Below, in pieces: positions 62,937-64,000 of a DNA stretch of 64,000 nucleotides. This DNA is from Candidatus Poribacteria bacterium. GTDB lineage: Bacteria > Poribacteria > WGA-4E > PCPOR2b. A model generated the notes under the pieces. That model was not told the DNA's origin and searched no databases. It saw only the letters and a list, made by a program, of their open reading frames with translations. The stretch is taken from assembly GCA_965218095.1 (NCBI GenBank), contig OZ244587.1, forward strand, positions 4,160,001-4,224,000, written 5' to 3'. The position numbers and the translations under genes are program-made. The first letter of the stretch is position 1. Each line of letters opens with the position of its first letter.

Positions 62937-64000
62937 ATGCAGAACCGATACAGTGAATACGAACTCGTTGAACAACCCGCCATCGCCCTGCTTGCAGGAA
63001 TGGGGTGGAAGACGCTGAATTGTTACAGCGAATTCGCTCAGGGGGGCGGCAGTCCGCTCGGCAGAGAGCACAAGGGCGAAGTTGTTCTGACAACCAAGTT
63101 ACGAATTGCCCTTGAGAAACTCAACCCCGATGCGTCCAATGAAGCGATCAACGCAGCGATTGAGGAGCTGACCCGTTCCCGTGCGGTTATGAGCCTTGTC
63201 GAAGCCAATCGGGAGCTTTACGGTCTGCTGAAAGACGGTGTGAAGGTGACGGTCAGTGATCCGGACGGTGAGGGTGAAACCGTCGAAGTCCTTCGGGTAA
63301 TTGACTGGGAGAACCCAGAGAGCAACGATTTCTTTCTAGCGTCACAGTTCTGGATTGCCGGCGAGATGTACACCAGAAGACCCGACCTAATCGGCTTTAT
63401 CAACGGGCTACCGTTGGCGCTGATGGAGTTCAAACGGATTGACGAGAACCTCTACGCCGCCTACGACGACAATCTCAGGGACTACAAGGACGCCATTCCC
63501 CACCTGTTCTGGTACAACGCCCTGATTATCCTCTCCAACGGCTCAGAGAGCAGAGTCGGTAGCCTGACAGCCAGTTGGGAACACTTCACCGAATGGAAAC
63601 GGATTGACGGTGAAGATGAACAGGGCGGGGTTTCATTGGAGACGATTTTAAGAGGCGTCTGTGACCATCGGCGGTTATTGGACATCATTGAGAGTTTTAC
63701 CCTATTTATGGAAGGCCAAGGCGAGTTGACTAAACTTATCTCCAAAAATCATCAATACTTGGGGGTGAACAACGCCATCAAAGCCCTGCGGCAGATAGAA
63801 TCCAATCGAGGGAAACTCGGTGTCTTCTGGCATACGCAAGGCTCAGGAAAGAGCATCTCGATGATTTTCTTCGCCCAGAAAGTGCTGAGAAAGATTCAGG
63901 GCAACTGGACGTTTGTTATCGTAACAGACCGCAAAGAGTTGGACAACCAAATCTATAAAAACTTCGCGGATTGCAGTGGCGTGGTTGCTCAGAAAGAGGT
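62937..64000 (+). CDS. hsdR: Type I R-M restriction subunit (runs off the window)
   Basis: Open from ATG 62937; RRPDLIGFINGLPLALMEFK, HQYLGV, WHTQGSGKS, VTDRKELD. Confidence 0.93.
   Translation, partial: MQNRYSEYELVEQPAIALLAGMGWKTLNCYSEFAQGGGSPLGREHKGEVVLTTKLRIALEKLNPDASNEAINAAIEELTRSRAVMSLVEANRELYGLLKDGVKVTVSDPDGEGETVEVLRVIDWENPESNDFFLASQFWIAGEMYTRRPDLIGFINGLPLALMEFKRIDENLYAAYDDNLRDYKDAIPHLFWYNALIILSNGSESRVGSLTASWEHFTEWKRIDGEDEQGGVSLETILRGVCDHRRLLDIIESFTLFMEGQGELTKLISKNHQYLGVNNAIKALRQIESNRGKLGVFWHTQGSGKSISMIFFAQKVLRKIQGNWTFVIVTDRKELDNQIYKNFADCSGVVAQKE

Overview
Bacterial genomic window, most likely Candidatus Poribacteria or a relative. This is inferred from five PhyH dioxygenases, several sulfatases and BNR/sialidase-fold proteins, and a Kelch protein ending in the PxGKLATTWGxIK motif. 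It is an accessory, visibly decaying region. It holds at least six IS elements (five with recognisable ends and target duplications; three disrupt genes) and many frameshifted, amber-interrupted or truncated genes. Also present: a UbiA + type III PKS pair; a sugar kinase/isomerase block with an orphan variant purM; an AT-rich restriction-modification island (about 20.5-28.1 kb); and a PhyH/BNR/sulfatase/Gfo catabolic block containing a segmental duplication. At the right end is a type I R-M operon with two inserted genes: a GxxExxY nuclease gene wrapped in nonamer inverted repeats with two gene-less hairpin copies behind it, and an uncharacterised ~584-aa PD-(D/E)xK protein. No rRNA, tRNA or CRISPR array was seen. 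All calls come from reading motifs by eye; no searches were run.
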